A stretch of DNA of 64,000 nucleotides, from NCBI GenBank assembly GCA_035763745.1, contig DASUAO010000014.1, positions 1,252 through 65,251 of the forward strand, given 5' to 3'. Positions within the stretch are counted from its first letter, which is position 1. Each line of letters begins with the position of its first letter. The stretch comes from Acidimicrobiia bacterium (GTDB lineage Bacteria; Actinomycetota; Acidimicrobiia; IMCC26256; PALSA-555). Position numbers and translations under genes: made by a program. The notes beneath the pieces were generated by a model. That model was not told the DNA's origin. It saw nothing but the letters and a program-made list of their open reading frames with translations, and did not search any database. Shown piece after piece: positions 1 through 9,104 of this stretch.

Positions 1-552
1 GTCGGCCTCACGCATGCGCCGTCCGAGCTGGTCACCGATCGCGGTGAACGCCTTCACGCCGAGGCGGTCGACCTCGCGGTCGCCGACCTGGTCCTCCATC
101 CAGGCCCGGATCACGGGCCCGTACCGTCGATAGGTCGTGAGGAACCGCTCGAGGAACGAGCGAAGCTCCGCCCGACCGGCGTCGTCAGGCGTGATCGGCC
201 CGATGGTGTCGGCGAGGTCGGTGAGCTCGTGCGCGCAGTCCACCGCCAGCGCGCGGAGGAGGTCCTCCTTGTTGGTGAAGTACAGGTAGAAGGTCCCGTG
301 CGACGTCCGCGCCGCACGCACGATGTCGTCGACCCGTGCCGCGTGGTACCCGCGCCTCGCGAACACGCGGAGCCCCGCGTCGAGGAGCCGCTGCATGGTG
401 CGTCGACCCTGGGCTCGGAGCTCCCGCCCCTGGGCGGGCGTTCCGGCGCTCGCCGCGCGCCGGTCCCGATCAGCCCCGTCACGGTCGGAGGGCGGACGCT
501 CTCGGGGCGCGACGCCGGAGCGCCTGCGATCCGACTTGTACGATTCCGCCAC
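1..552 (-). CDS. TetR/AcrR family transcriptional regulator (C-terminus runs off the left edge)
   Basis: Absent from the ORF track because the window edge truncates it. Hand translation of the minus strand gives ...GRRTMQRLLDAGLRVFARRGYHAARVDDIVRAARTSHGTFYLYFTNKEDLLRALAVDCAHEL..., a typical TetR N-terminal HTH. GTG at 550-552 is the most upstream start; ATG at 394-396 would clip helix 1. Divergent from the ligase at 601. Confidence 0.8.
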   Translation of the reverse strand, partial: MAESYKSDRRRSGVAPRERPPSDRDGADRDRRAASAGTPAQGRELRAQGRRTMQRLLDAGLRVFARRGYHAARVDDIVRAARTSHGTFYLYFTNKEDLLRALAVDCAHELTDLADTIGPITPDDAGRAELRSFLERFLTTYRRYGPVIRAWMEDQVGDREVDRLGVKAFTAIGDQLGRRMREAD

Positions 553-600
553 GACCCCCCGCTGACACTCGTGCTCGACACGGGCCCGGAGAGGCACCCC

Positions 601-2115
601 ATGCTCGGTGCAACCCTACGCGAGGCCGCCCGGCGGTTCCGCGACCAGCCTGCGTACGTGGCGCCGGACGGGTGGCCGCTCTCGTACGCGTTCCTCGATC
701 GGGCGAGCGACGAGGTGGCGACCGGGCTCACCCGGCGCGGGGTCGGGCTCGGCGACGTCGTCGCCCTGGTCCTCCCGCCGGGACCCGAGTACCTGGTCGC
801 GTACCTGGCCGCGGCGAAGCTCGGTGCCGTGACCACGGGGGTCAACGACCGCCTCACCGACGTCGAGCGGGCCACGGTGCTCGAGCTCGCGGGTCCCCGG
901 GTCGTCATCGGCTCCGAGGGAGCGACCTCGACCCCGCATGAGACCGTCGAGGTGCGCCGCGCCGACACCCCCGACGACGTCCTGCGCGACCTCCGAATCG
1001 ACGGCGCTCCCGTCCCGCTCGAACCGGACCCCGAACGCCCGGTCGCCATCGTCTTCACCTCGGGGACGACGGGCACCCCGAAGGGCGCGCTCTACTGCAA
1101 CCGGCAGCTGTCGTTCATCACCAGCGTCGACGTCGGCACGACGTGGGGCGCCGGCGGCCGCGGTTTCACCGGGACCTCCTTCGCGCACCTCGGCTTCATG
1201 ACCAAGCTCCCGGGCAACCTCCAACGCGGAGGCACGAGCTTCATCATGGAGCGTTGGCGCGCCCACGACGCCCTCGCGCTCCTCGAGCGCGAGGGGATGC
1301 AGACGGTCGCCGGGGTGCCCACGCAGCTGGCCCTCATGCTGCGCGATCCCGACTTCGACGCGTTCGACCTCTCCAGCGTCGGGTTCATCGTCGTCGGCGG
1401 CGGACCGGTCACTCCCGGGCTCGCGCAGGAGGCACGGGCGCGCTTCGACGCCAAGCTCGCCACGCGCTACTCGTGCACCGAGGCCGGCATCGGGCTCGGC
1501 ACCGGCTTCGACGACCCCGAAGAGGACGCAGTCATCAGCGTCGGGCGCCCACACGCCGCGGTCGAGCTCGGCGTGCTCGACGACGCCGACGAGCCCGTGA
1601 CCCCGGGCGACATCGGTGCCGTGTGCCTGCGCTCCCCCGCGGTGATGTCCGGGTACTGGCGCGCCCCCGACGCGACGCGCGCCGCGTTCACCGCCGACGG
1701 CTTCGTCCGGACCGGCGACGTCGGATGGGTCGACGACCAGGGTCGGCTCCGGCTCGTGGGCCGGAGCAAGGAGATGTACGTCCGCGGCGGCTACAACGTG
1801 TACCCGGTCGAGGTCGAGGCAGTGCTCTCGACCCATCCCGACGTCGCACATGTCGCGGTCGTCCCGGCACCCGATCCCGTCATGGGCGAGGTGGGCGTCG
1901 CGTTCGTGGTCGCCCGCGACCCGTCGGCGGCCCCGACCGTCGACGGGCTCCGGGACTTCGGACGCGATCGGCTCGCGGCGTACAAGCTGCCCGAAGGCCT
2001 ACGGACCGTCGAGGCGCTCCCGCTCACCGCCGGGGAGAAGGTGGACCGCCGGGTGCTCCGCGAGATGCTCGACGCCGAGACCCCGGGCGACCGGCCTGAC
2101 GAGCACGTCAGGTAG
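601..2115 (+). CDS. AMP-dependent acyl-CoA synthetase/ligase
   Basis: Internal ATG of track ORF 229..2115 (MLGATLREAARRFRDQPAYV...). AMP-binding motifs FTSGTTGTPKG and GDVGWVDDQGRLRLVGRSKEMYVRGGYNVYP; C-terminal YKLPEGLRTVEALPLTAGEKVDRR. Confidence 0.9.
   Translation: MLGATLREAARRFRDQPAYVAPDGWPLSYAFLDRASDEVATGLTRRGVGLGDVVALVLPPGPEYLVAYLAAAKLGAVTTGVNDRLTDVERATVLELAGPRVVIGSEGATSTPHETVEVRRADTPDDVLRDLRIDGAPVPLEPDPERPVAIVFTSGTTGTPKGALYCNRQLSFITSVDVGTTWGAGGRGFTGTSFAHLGFMTKLPGNLQRGGTSFIMERWRAHDALALLEREGMQTVAGVPTQLALMLRDPDFDAFDLSSVGFIVVGGGPVTPGLAQEARARFDAKLATRYSCTEAGIGLGTGFDDPEEDAVISVGRPHAAVELGVLDDADEPVTPGDIGAVCLRSPAVMSGYWRAPDATRAAFTADGFVRTGDVGWVDDQGRLRLVGRSKEMYVRGGYNVYPVEVEAVLSTHPDVAHVAVVPAPDPVMGEVGVAFVVARDPSAAPTVDGLRDFGRDRLAAYKLPEGLRTVEALPLTAGEKVDRRVLREMLDAETPGDRPDEHVR
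2096..2111. promoter_or_regulatory. 16-bp palindrome CTGACGagcaCGTCAG (candidate operator)
   Basis: Perfect inverted repeat overlapping the last codons of the ligase 601..2115, 16 nt upstream of the ACAD start at 2127. Confidence 0.55.
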
Positions 2116-2126
2116 GTTGCCCGTCG

Positions 2127-3284
2127 ATGGAGCTCGAGTTCACGGCCGACCAGGACGACCTGCGCGACGGGGTGCGCGCGATGCTCGCGCGCGAGTGCCC
2201 GCCCGAGCTCGTGCGGAAGGTCGTCGAGGACGCCTTCCGCGGCGGCACCGAGGGACGCACGGGCACCGCAGGTCTCTGGCAGCAGATGGTCGATCTCGGC
2301 TGGCCGGCCCTGACCGTGCCCGAGGCCCACGGTGGCCTCGGGCTGGGCGCGGTCGAGCTCTCCGTGGTCCTCGAGGAGATGGGGCGGGTCGTGGCTCCGG
2401 GGCCGTTCGTCCCCACCACCACCCAGCTCGTCCCGGCGATCGCCGAAGCCGGTGACGATGCGCAGCAGGACCGGTTCCTCGGCGCGGTGGCGGCGGGGTC
2501 GTGCACCGGGGCTCTGGCGGTCGCCGAGCCCGGGAGCGGCCTCGACCCGGCGTCGGTCCGCACGACCGCGAGCCCGGGCGGTGATGGCGCCTGGGTGCTC
2601 TCCGGCGAGAAGGCCGCCGTGCTCGGCGCACCGGAGGTCGACGAGATCGTGGTGGTGGCGCGCACGCCCGGATCGGACGGCGACGACGGCGTGGGCGCGT
2701 TCGTGGTCCCGTCGGCCGACCTCACGATCGAGCCGATGGCGGCGCTCGACCCCACCCGCGGGCTCGCCACGCTCCGGCTCGACGGCGTGACCGTCGCCGC
2801 CGATCGGTGCCTCGGTGCCCCCGGCCCGGAGACCGCGACCGCACTGCGACGCGCGATCGACGTCGCGGTGATGGGACTCGCGCTCGAGGCGCTCGGCACC
2901 TGCCAGACCATCTTCGACGTGACGCTCGAGTACGCGAAGCAGCGCGAGCAGTTCGGGGTCCCGATCGGCTCGTTCCAGGCCATCAAGCACAAGCTCGCCA
3001 ACATGAGCGTCGCGCTCGAGCGGGCCCGCGCCACCGGCTACTTCGCCGCGCTCACCATCGCCGAGGACGACCCCGAGCGGTGGCTCGCGACGTCGACGGC
3101 CAAGGCCGCCGCGAACGACTGCCAACGCCTCCTGGCGTCAGAGGGCATCCAGATCCACGGCGGCATCGGCTACACGTGGGAGCACGACATGCACCTGTAT
3201 GTGCGCCGGGTGAAGACCGACGCCGCGCTGTTCGGCACGACCGCCGAGCACCACGCGCGGATCGCCGACCTCCTGGAGGTCTGA
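2127..3284 (+). CDS. acyl-CoA dehydrogenase family protein (beta-type, no obvious catalytic Glu motif)
   Basis: 385-aa track ORF. ACAD signatures QREQFGVPIGSFQAIKHKLANM and IQIHGGIGYTWEHDMHLY. The C-terminus lacks the (I/Y)EGT/GGT-SEIQ motif seen in the catalytic ACADs of this window. Confidence 0.85.
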   Translation: MELEFTADQDDLRDGVRAMLARECPPELVRKVVEDAFRGGTEGRTGTAGLWQQMVDLGWPALTVPEAHGGLGLGAVELSVVLEEMGRVVAPGPFVPTTTQLVPAIAEAGDDAQQDRFLGAVAAGSCTGALAVAEPGSGLDPASVRTTASPGGDGAWVLSGEKAAVLGAPEVDEIVVVARTPGSDGDDGVGAFVVPSADLTIEPMAALDPTRGLATLRLDGVTVAADRCLGAPGPETATALRRAIDVAVMGLALEALGTCQTIFDVTLEYAKQREQFGVPIGSFQAIKHKLANMSVALERARATGYFAALTIAEDDPERWLATSTAKAAANDCQRLLASEGIQIHGGIGYTWEHDMHLYVRRVKTDAALFGTTAEHHARIADLLEV

Positions 3285-3286
3285 AC

Positions 3287-3317
3287 GGTCGGGTGCCGGC
3301 GAGTCCGGCGCCCGACC
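3287..3317. terminator. 13-bp stem hairpin between convergent genes
   Basis: GGTCGGGTGCCGG-cgagt-CCGGCGCCCGACC (one G.U pair). Starts 3 nt after the ACAD stop and ends 13 nt before the convergent membrane-protein stop. Confidence 0.5.
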
Positions 3318-3329
3318 CGACCGAGGGCC

Positions 3330-4079
3330 CTAGAAGATCAGCTCCCAGAGCGCGTACCAGACGACCGTGAGGGCGAGACCGGTGCCGATGGCCCGCGTGT
3401 GGTTCTCGTAGACCCAGTTCGTGAGGTTCGAGCCCTTCCCACCGATGATCCCGAGCGCGCTCAGCTCGAAGGCGAGGAAGATCACGCCCGTGATCGCCCA
3501 GTAGATCCCTCGGTCGCTTCCTGTGTCGAAGTCCTGCAGGAAGAAGTGCCCCGTCCCGATCATGAACATCAGCATCGGGAACGAGAAGATCGTGTTCTGG
3601 CGCGAGGCGAGGAGCGCGGCACGCCCTGCGTCGGCCGCGGCCGGGTCGGCCTCACCACCGGCGAGGACGTTGCGGGCGTTGGCGATGGCGATCTTCTGCT
3701 TCGGCCAGATCACGAGCCACACGTTGAGGAACATCGTGATGCCCAGCAGCATGCCGGTCGCGATGGCGATCCCGGCCGCACCCTTGAAGTAGTCGTCCTG
3801 GAGGAAGATGCCGTCGCCGCTCTCGCCCAGGGGGATCAGGCCGAGGAGCAGACCGAAGCCGAACGTCGCCGCGGCCGCCCAACGGAACCACCACAGCGCC
3901 CGGGACGCGAGCTTGTCGATCGTCTGATTGCGCGTCCCCGGCTCGAGCTCGGCGAACGCGGGGACCTGCACGAAGTTGAAGTAGTACAGCAGGCCGATCC
4001 AGGTGATCCCGACCAGGACGTGCGCCCAGCGGGCGGCGAAGTTCAGACCGAAGTTGTCGAAGATCTCGATGCCGAGCAT
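3330..4079 (-). CDS. integral membrane protein, urate-oxidase N-terminal (PuuD-like membrane domain) family
   Basis: Start taken at MLGIEIFDNF (M29 of track ORF 3330..4163). Multi-TM protein with RWAHVLVGITWIGLLYYFNFVQVP and ALWWFRWAAAATFGFGLLL blocks, which I associate with that family. Family call is from memory. Confidence 0.6.
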   Translation of the reverse strand: MLGIEIFDNFGLNFAARWAHVLVGITWIGLLYYFNFVQVPAFAELEPGTRNQTIDKLASRALWWFRWAAAATFGFGLLLGLIPLGESGDGIFLQDDYFKGAAGIAIATGMLLGITMFLNVWLVIWPKQKIAIANARNVLAGGEADPAAADAGRAALLASRQNTIFSFPMLMFMIGTGHFFLQDFDTGSDRGIYWAITGVIFLAFELSALGIIGGKGSNLTNWVYENHTRAIGTGLALTVVWYALWELIF

Positions 4080-4169
4080 TCCGTGGACTCTCCCCCGTGG
4101 TGGCTGATCTGGCGGCAACGTAGCACCGACCGGCGTCCGGCCGCAGGATCTCCCAGGGCCCACGCCCCA

Positions 4170-4661
4170 CTACAGGTCGGGCGCGCTCGGGTCCGCGGTC
4201 GTCCCCTCGCGCAGCGGATCCCGCCGGGGGACGACCATCGAGGAGAAGTCGGCAACCGCGATCACGTTGTCGTCGGGGTCGAGCACCCGCACCTCGACGA
4301 CGATGAGCATCCGCCCGGCCCGCACGAGCCGGGCATCCGCGCGCACGACGTCCCCCTTGGGACGACCGAGGTAGCGCACGTGCAGGTCGGCGGTCACGAG
4401 GCTCTGCGTGGTCGCGTCGAAGCCCGAGGCGCGGGCCGCGCACGAGCCCGCGGCCACGTCGACCAGCGTCGCGATCGCGCCCCCGTGGAGGTTCCCCGAC
4501 CCGTTGAACGCCTCCTGGCGGACCGGCATCTCGACGACCACGTGTCCGGGCGTGTCGTCGACGAAGCGCAGCCCCAGCAGCTTGTGGAGCGGCATCTCGA
4601 AGAACGTCGTGCGGAGGTACTCCTCCATCGCACTCCGATCAGGCGCACCGGCGTCGGTCAT
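4170..4661 (-). CDS. PaaI-family hotdog thioesterase
   Basis: M89 of track ORF 4170..4925: MTDAGAPDRSAMEEYLRTTFFEMPLHKLLGLRFV...NGSGNLHGGAIATLVDVAAG...VVRADARLVRAGRMLIVVEVRV. The start overlaps the upstream gene stop by 4 nt. Confidence 0.85.
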   Translation of the reverse strand: MTDAGAPDRSAMEEYLRTTFFEMPLHKLLGLRFVDDTPGHVVVEMPVRQEAFNGSGNLHGGAIATLVDVAAGSCAARASGFDATTQSLVTADLHVRYLGRPKGDVVRADARLVRAGRMLIVVEVRVLDPDDNVIAVADFSSMVVPRRDPLREGTTADPSAPDL

Positions 4662-5224
4662 GATCGACCCCCGGCGCGGGGCATCGGAGCGTCGGACTCC
4701 GCACCGCGGGCGACGAGTCGCAGCGCGCCGTCGTCGACGACCAGCTCCGTCACCGAGGCGTGTGCGGGAGCGAAGCACATCACGCGGTCGTCGCCCGTCG
4801 CGGCGCCGACCGCCGTGTTGATCGCGACGAAGTGGGAGAACACGATGCTCTCCTGCTCGAGCGTCGTCAGGGCGTCGAGCAAGGCGACACGCCAGGCCGC
4901 GAGCCGGTCGTCGACCTGGGACCACGTGCCCGCAAGGACGCCCCGCAGCCAGCCGACCCGGTCGGCCGGGTCCACGTGCGGCGCGGTGATCTCACCGACG
5001 GCCGGGACGACGTGCGGCTCGGCACCCCAGTGGCTGGCGAGCGGTGCCGCGGTCTCCCGAGCGCGCCGCAGGGGCGAGGTCAGCACCGGACGCGGCGCGT
5101 CCCCGCCGAGCAGGTCGACGAGACCCGCCGCCTGCTCGTGCCCCAGCGGATCGAGCCCCGCGTCGGGAGCCGAATCCCAATTCTCGGTGGGTCGCGCGTG
5201 ACGCACGAGGAGGAGGCGGGTCAT
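4658..5224 (-). CDS. histidine phosphatase (phosphoglycerate mutase) family protein
   Basis: C-terminal 188 aa of track ORF 4658..5899: MTRLLLVRHARPTENW... (RHG-type motif) ...TSPLRRARETAAPLA...SIVFSHFVAINTAVG. Confidence 0.8.
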   Translation of the reverse strand: MTRLLLVRHARPTENWDSAPDAGLDPLGHEQAAGLVDLLGGDAPRPVLTSPLRRARETAAPLASHWGAEPHVVPAVGEITAPHVDPADRVGWLRGVLAGTWSQVDDRLAAWRVALLDALTTLEQESIVFSHFVAINTAVGAATGDDRVMCFAPAHASVTELVVDDGALRLVARGAESDAPMPRAGGRS

Positions 5225-5289
5225 CGGCCAGGCACCGTACCCCCTTGCCCGCGCTCCCCCGGCCGAGATCGACCCCCCGGAGGTACCCC

Positions 5290-6045
5290 ATGCGACGTCC
5301 CCTCGTCCTCGCGACCACGCTCGCCGCCGAGCTCGCGGCCGGCACCCTCGCCCTCGCACCACCCGTCGCAGCCCAGACCCTGCCCGACGCCCCTGTCGAT
5401 GCCCACGCCGTCGCGTCCGACCCCGTCGATCCCGGTCCGGGCGATCCGGGTCCGGTCGCCGAGACGCCGTCGGACGACCCCGCCGAGCCGGGCCCAGCGC
5501 CGGTGCGCACCGGCCGCGCCGACCCCTCGCCGGACGGTGATCCTGCCGACCAGCCCGCTCCCGCGGTCCCGACCACGATTCGCACCGGGCGACTCGACGA
5601 GGCGTTCGCCGTACCCGATCGTCCGACGCGGACCGGCACGAGCGGCGCCGCCCCCCGGGGCGCGCCAGACGACCCGACGTCGGCCTCCGCACCCCGCACC
5701 GCCGGCTCCCCGAAGACCGGCTCCCCGAACACCGGCTCTCCGAACACCGGCTCTCCGAAGACGAGCCCCCCCACTCCCGACGCGGCAACCTCGCCCGACG
5801 CCGGTCCGACCGGTGTGCCGACCGCCGACGCGCCCCGCCACGTCGTCGTCGCCGGCGACCACCTCTGGGCGATCGCCGCCCAGCAGGTCGCGGCTGCATC
5901 CGGTCGTGCGCCGAGCGAGCTCGCGGCCGCCGACGTCGTCACCTACTGGGTGCAGCTGTGCATGCAGAACCGCCCGCACCTGCGTTCAGGGAACCCGAGC
6001 CTCATCTACCCCGGCGAGGTGATCGATCTCCCCGTGACCGGGTAG
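5290..6045 (+). CDS. secreted proline-rich protein with C-terminal LysM domain
   Basis: M83 of track ORF 5044..6045, with GGAGG 8 nt upstream. Signal-like MRRPLVLATTLAAELAAGTLALAPPVAAQ, then a P/D/T-rich linker containing the TGSP(K/N) repeat. LysM-like end: HVVVAGDHLWAIAAQQV...GNPSLIYPGEVIDLP. Confidence 0.75.
   Translation: MRRPLVLATTLAAELAAGTLALAPPVAAQTLPDAPVDAHAVASDPVDPGPGDPGPVAETPSDDPAEPGPAPVRTGRADPSPDGDPADQPAPAVPTTIRTGRLDEAFAVPDRPTRTGTSGAAPRGAPDDPTSASAPRTAGSPKTGSPNTGSPNTGSPKTSPPTPDAATSPDAGPTGVPTADAPRHVVVAGDHLWAIAAQQVAAASGRAPSELAAADVVTYWVQLCMQNRPHLRSGNPSLIYPGEVIDLPVTG
5701..5760 (+). repeat. 4 x 15-bp in-frame tandem repeat (A/T-G-S-P-K/N)
   Basis: gccggctccccgaag / accggctccccgaac / accggctctccgaac / accggctctccgaag, inside the LysM protein linker. 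Confidence 0.9.
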
Positions 6046-6116
6046 GCGTCAGCCGTCCGAGAATCGAGTCGCGAAGACGCTCGAGCTGCCCGCTGCGTCA
6101 GGAGCGGGCGAGGCGG

Positions 6117-6597
6117 TCAACCGGTGAACTTGGGCGCCGCGGCGACCGCGACGGTGAGGCTCGCCGGCGCGTACGCGAAGTTGATCGCCTGCCCCGACAC
6201 GTCGGCGTTGGTAACGCTCGGGTTGCCACAGCTGGCGTTGACGGGATAGCTCCCCGCAGGAGTGCCGAGCGGGACGACGACCTGGGCGCTCCACGTGCCC
6301 TCGGGACCCGCGGTGGCGGAGAACGCGACCGGAGGCGTGAACCCGACGGTGCCGGTCACCACCGTTCCCTCGTCGCACTCGGTGCCACTGATCGTCGTGG
6401 GCTCACCCGGCCGGGGTGCACTCACGGTGGACCCGCAGGGAGCCGGTGGGGAACCCTCCTCCACCGTTGACCACGGCGTTGATCTGCAGTCGAGGATGGA
6501 AGTCCCCCGGGAAACCTCCCGCCGGGAGCACACCGATCGCGACCAAGGACCCTGCCGCCAGGACCACGCCTGCCAGAACACGACGCAACCGCCTCAT
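6117..6597 (-). pseudogene. secreted protein split over two frames (frameshift or sequencing indel)
   Basis: Track ORF 6403..6597 encodes a signal peptide (MRRLRRVLAGVVLAAGSLVAIGVLPAGG...) and stops after 64 aa. Overlapping ORF 6117..6581, shifted by one base, carries a high-GC3 body with no signal of its own (...STVSAPRPGEPTTISGTECDEGTVVTGTVGFTPPVAF...NASCGNPSVTNADVSGQAINFAYAP...). The frames meet around 6405-6445 in C/G runs. Confidence 0.55.
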
Positions 6598-6641
6598 GGC
6601 CGAGCACGCGATCGCCCCAGCCGGCGATGCTCCGGGTCGGC

Positions 6642-8834
6642 TCAGGGGTCGCGGGGCAGACCGAGGACGCGCTCGCCGATGATGTTGCGCTGGATCTCAC
6701 TCGTGCCGCCGGCGATGGTCAGGTTGCGGTTGAAGAGGAACCCGCGGCCCCACCGCTCGCCCTCGCCCTCCGCGATCGCCCCGTCGACCCCCATGAGGCC
6801 GAGCCCGACCTCCTGGACGTGCTGGTCGTGCTCGACGCCGAGCAGCTTGCGCACCGACGCCTCGGAACCGCTCGGATCGGCCCCGGCGAGCGCAGCCAGG
6901 GTCAACCGGTACCCGAGACACGAGAGCGCGTGCGCCCGGGCGACGAGCCCACCGACCTCGTCGAGCACGAGCGGGTCGTCCCCCAGTCCACGCGCGTCGA
7001 TCGCCTTGAGGATCTGCTCGAGCCCGTGGCCGAAGCTCATGCCCCCACCCATGAACACGCGCTCGTTCGCCAGCGTCGTACGCGCAGCACGCCAACCATC
7101 GTGCTCGACACCGATGAGGCAGTCGTCGGGGATGAAGGCATCGTCGAAGAACACCTCGTTGAACATCGCGTCGCCCGTGAGCTCACGAAGCGGTCGGATC
7201 GTCAGTCCCTCCGTGTGCTTCATGTCGATGAAGAAGCACGAGATCCCGTCGTGCTTCTCGGCGTCGGGGTTCGTGCGGGCGAGCAGGATCCCCCAGTCGG
7301 CCATCTGCGCCATCGACGTCCAGACCTTCTGGCCGTTGACCATCCACCCACCCTCGACGCGCGTCGCCCGCGTCGAGAGGCTCGCGAGGTCCGAGCCCGC
7401 GCCGGGCTCGCTGAAGAGCTGACACCAGCTGATCTCCCCGCGCAGCGTCGGCGGGATCCACCGCTCCTGCTGCTCCCGGGTCCCGTACATGATCACCGGG
7501 GGCAGCGCCCATCCGCCGACCATGATCCCCGGACGCGCGACCTTCGCGGCGCGGAACTCTTCCTCGATGACCACCTGCTCGAGCGCCTTCGCGCCCCGCC
7601 CGAACGGCTCGGGCCACGTGGGGACGATGTAGCCGGCGTCCGCGACCCGACGATGCTGCTGGTCCGAAGACAGGTCCTTCACCTCGTCGAGGAACGCCCG
7701 GACCTCGGCACGGACGGCGTCGGCCTCGGCGCCGAGGTCGACGCTCAACGCGCGTCGCACCCCGGCGAGACCGAGCCGGCACGCGGTCTGACGCCATCCC
7801 GACGACGGTCCGAGGAGGCTCTGCAGGGTCATCGCGCGCCGCAGGTAGGCGTGCGCGTCGTGCTCCCAGGTGAACCCGATGCCGCCGAGCACCTGGATGC
7901 AGTCCTTGGCGTTCACGAACGCCGCGTCGATGGCGAGCGCGATCGCCGTCGCGCACGCGAGCGCCCGCTCCCGCGGATCGTCGTCGACCGCACGGGCCGC
8001 GTCCCACGCCGCGGCACGCGCGAGCTCGACTCTTGCGATCATGTCGGCGCACTTGTGCTTGACCCCCTGGAACTGCCCGATCGGCCGACCGAACTGCACG
8101 CGGTCCTTCGCGTAGGTGGCCGCGGTGTCGACGCACCATTGCGCAACGCCCACGAGCTCGGCCGCGCCGAACGTGCAGCTCAGATCGACGACACGTTCGG
8201 CGTCCACGCCATCGAGGATCCGAACCGCAGGCACCCACACGTCGTCCGCGACGAGCTCGGCGACTCGCCGCGTCGGATCGAGGCTCGGGAGCTCGGTGAG
8301 GGTGAGCTCGTCTGCTCGGAGCGCCACCCAGCGGACGCCGTCGCCGAGGCTCGCGGGAGCGATCACCACGTCGGCGAGGGCGCCGCCGAGCACCGGTCGG
8401 GCGATGCCCGCGACCACGATCCCGTCGTCGGTCTTCGTGGCCGACAGCCCACATCCGGCACCACCCGCGACGACGCCGACGAGCTCGCCCGACGCGAGAC
8501 CGGGCAGCAGCTCCTTGCGCGTGCCCTCGTTCGACGAGCTCGCGACCACCGCAGCGGCGAGCATCGTCGGGAGCATCGGTCCGGGCGCGAGCGCGCGCCC
8601 GAGCTCCTCGAGCACGACCACCAGCTCGGGGATCGCGAACCCCGACCCGCCGACGTCCTCGGCGACGTGGAGCCCGAGCCACCCCTGCTCGGCGAGTCCG
8701 CCCCAGTACGGTGGGAGCGTGTCGTGCTCGGCGTCGAGCGAGGCCCGCAGCACGCCGGCGACACCCTGGCGTTCGAGCCAGCCCCCGACGGCCTCGTGCA
8801 GCGCGAGATGTTCCTCTGTGGTCCCGATCGGCAT
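6642..8834 (-). CDS. tandem (two-module) acyl-CoA dehydrogenase, beta-like N-half fused to alpha-like C-half
   Basis: 730-aa track ORF. N-half has KDRVQFGRPIGQFQGVKHKCADM and IQVLGGIGFTWEHDAHAYLRRA, with no catalytic-Glu motif. C-half has WCQLFSEPGAGSDLASL, VNGQKVWTSMAQMADW and the terminal IAGGTSEIQRNIIGERVLGLPRDP. Confidence 0.9.
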   Translation of the reverse strand: MPIGTTEEHLALHEAVGGWLERQGVAGVLRASLDAEHDTLPPYWGGLAEQGWLGLHVAEDVGGSGFAIPELVVVLEELGRALAPGPMLPTMLAAAVVASSSNEGTRKELLPGLASGELVGVVAGGAGCGLSATKTDDGIVVAGIARPVLGGALADVVIAPASLGDGVRWVALRADELTLTELPSLDPTRRVAELVADDVWVPAVRILDGVDAERVVDLSCTFGAAELVGVAQWCVDTAATYAKDRVQFGRPIGQFQGVKHKCADMIARVELARAAAWDAARAVDDDPRERALACATAIALAIDAAFVNAKDCIQVLGGIGFTWEHDAHAYLRRAMTLQSLLGPSSGWRQTACRLGLAGVRRALSVDLGAEADAVRAEVRAFLDEVKDLSSDQQHRRVADAGYIVPTWPEPFGRGAKALEQVVIEEEFRAAKVARPGIMVGGWALPPVIMYGTREQQERWIPPTLRGEISWCQLFSEPGAGSDLASLSTRATRVEGGWMVNGQKVWTSMAQMADWGILLARTNPDAEKHDGISCFFIDMKHTEGLTIRPLRELTGDAMFNEVFFDDAFIPDDCLIGVEHDGWRAARTTLANERVFMGGGMSFGHGLEQILKAIDARGLGDDPLVLDEVGGLVARAHALSCLGYRLTLAALAGADPSGSEASVRKLLGVEHDQHVQEVGLGLMGVDGAIAEGEGERWGRGFLFNRNLTIAGGTSEIQRNIIGERVLGLPRDP

Positions 8835-8884
8835 GGTTGGATCCTACGGGTCGAGCGAGACCCGCCTCCCGACGGAGCAGGGGC

Positions 8885-9094
8885 TCAGACGAGTCGCTCG
8901 TCGCCCCGCCACACGGAGATCGCCCCCGTGGGGCAGCCTTTCGCGCCGAGCACGATCTTGTCCTCGGGATCGCCGTCGGCGTCGATCACGTGTGCGAGGC
9001 CCACGTCGTCGAGCTCGAAGGTCGCCGGAGCCCAGTAGACGCACTGGCCCTGGCCCATGCACACGTCGTGGTCGATCTCGATGCGAAGCGCCAT
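8885..9094 (-). CDS. ferredoxin (single-cluster, 3Fe-4S type)
   Basis: 69 aa, MALRIEIDHDVCMGQGQCVYWAP...GAKGCPTGAISV. Shows the C-x2-G-x2-C ... C-P cluster pattern typical of small actinobacterial ferredoxins. Confidence 0.8.
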   Translation of the reverse strand: MALRIEIDHDVCMGQGQCVYWAPATFELDDVGLAHVIDADGDPEDKIVLGAKGCPTGAISVWRGDERLV

Positions 9095-9104
9095 CGCGTC
9101 GAGC

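Noticed and set aside
562-567. CTGACA half-site in the TetR/ligase divergent region (gCTGACActcgTGCTCGac).
   Set aside because: The right half matches only 3 of 6 positions, so I do not count it as a site. It leaves open which regulator binds the full palindromes.
4621-4680. When I hand-translated this line, the printed bases read as if shifted by one relative to three track ORFs (4170..4925, 4394..4648, 4408..4821). There appears to be an extra c after ...gaggtac at 4620/4621 and one g too few in gcgcggg at about 4680.
   Set aside because: The two differences cancel within one 60-nt line, and every flanking line translated exactly as in the track. I treat it as my misreading or a formatting quirk and used the track frame, which gives the biologically sensible thioesterase N-terminus MTDAGAPDRSAMEEYL. 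It is worth a programmatic re-check.
6086-6101. CTGCCCgctgCGTCAG in the convergent gap after the LysM gene.
   Set aside because: Two mismatches in the left half and no downstream start codon. It is too weak to include in the motif family.
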